Shown in pieces: positions 63,382-64,000 of a stretch of DNA of 64,000 bases. The notes beneath the pieces were generated by a model. The model had not been told where the DNA came from. It saw nothing but the letters and a program-made list of their open reading frames with translations, and did no database searches. The stretch is from NCBI GenBank assembly GCA_029717555.1, contig JAMDHS010000011.1, forward strand, positions 62,001-126,000, in the 5' to 3' direction. Source of the DNA: Peribolospora baueri. Taxonomy: Eukaryota. How positions within the stretch are numbered: position 1 is the stretch's first letter; every line of letters starts with the position of its first letter. The translations under genes and the position numbers were made by a program.

Positions 63382-64000
63382 ATGACGGCGAAGCCGAGGA
63401 CGACCGCGGCTATCACGCATCTCTACCGTCACCTCCTCCGCGAGGCCAGCTACTTTCCAGACCCTTTCGTCGCCTCTTACATCCGCTCCAAGGCCCGCCG
63501 TCTCTTCCGCTCCTTCCCTCGCCCTCCCGAGCCCGTGTCGTCTAAACCGCCGAGGAGGATCGACCCGGAGGACGTGCTGGAAGATGCGAGAAGAAGGGCC
63601 GAGTGGGAAGAGCGCATGGACGTCAAGCTTTCAAGGGCGTCGACGATGCTGAGGAAACTTCGTGCGGCCAATCGAGGCGAGCAGCTCGCGGTGAAGAGGG
63701 AGCTCGAGGAGGCGTACGCAAGGCGGGGAAGGAGGAGGTGGGAAATTCTCGCTGTCAGTGTTTTGCAAGCTCGTCACCGTCCGCATCTAGGACACGGACG
63801 GCCACCTTAGAGAATGTGGGCTTGAACTCGTATTTCGACCATCTGTCGCTAACGCTCCCTTCCTCCGCCTTCCACATGACGCAGCCAATCCTAGCTCCCA
63901 TGGGCTCGCCCGCTCCTCTTGATCCGACCAACCCGCGCACGCGGCCGCCGTCGCTCTCCCCTCTCTTCTCGTCCCTCGTCACCTCTTCCGCCTCGCACAA
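63382..64000 (+). CDS. LYR-motif mitochondrial protein (Cup1/LYRM-like), 3' truncated by the window end
   Basis: HLYRHLLREASYFPDP...RRLFR and LRAANRG...AYARRGRRRWE. After an intron (gtcagt...gctaac...gcag) the frame stays open to the window end. Confidence 0.7.

Overview
Gene-dense, GC-rich, intron-rich eukaryotic DNA, most likely from a basidiomycete fungus (GTGAGT/GTAAGT donors, CTGAC/CTAAC branch points, introns mostly ~70-170 nt). Recognisable genes in order: hotdog-fold thioesterase (-), an unknown ORF (+), F-box protein (+), alpha-tubulin (-), NHP2 (+), GET4 (-), patatin-like lipase (+), a BTB/POZ protein with a split domain (+), RCL1 (+) and TRA1 (-). At ~37-46.6 kb there is an accessory, decaying island: O-methyltransferase pseudogene, intact hemerythrin-like gene, rearranged LTR-retrotransposon gag remnants and a Zn(II)2Cys6 transcription-factor pseudogene. 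It is followed by an unknown membrane protein (-), a kinesin-7-like motor (+), FYV4/mS41 (-), a TatD/Scn1-like hydrolase (-), tubulin cofactor A (+), a weak unknown gene (-) and a LYR-motif gene cut by the window end (+). The most striking signals are in splicing: a predicted single-nucleotide exon completing the D-A-H-C-H motif of the TatD-like gene, an alpha-tubulin start codon split by an intron (A^TG) and a 7-nt microexon inside the thioesterase active-site motif. No tRNA, rRNA or CRISPR array was recognised. All calls come from manual reading; no database search was run.
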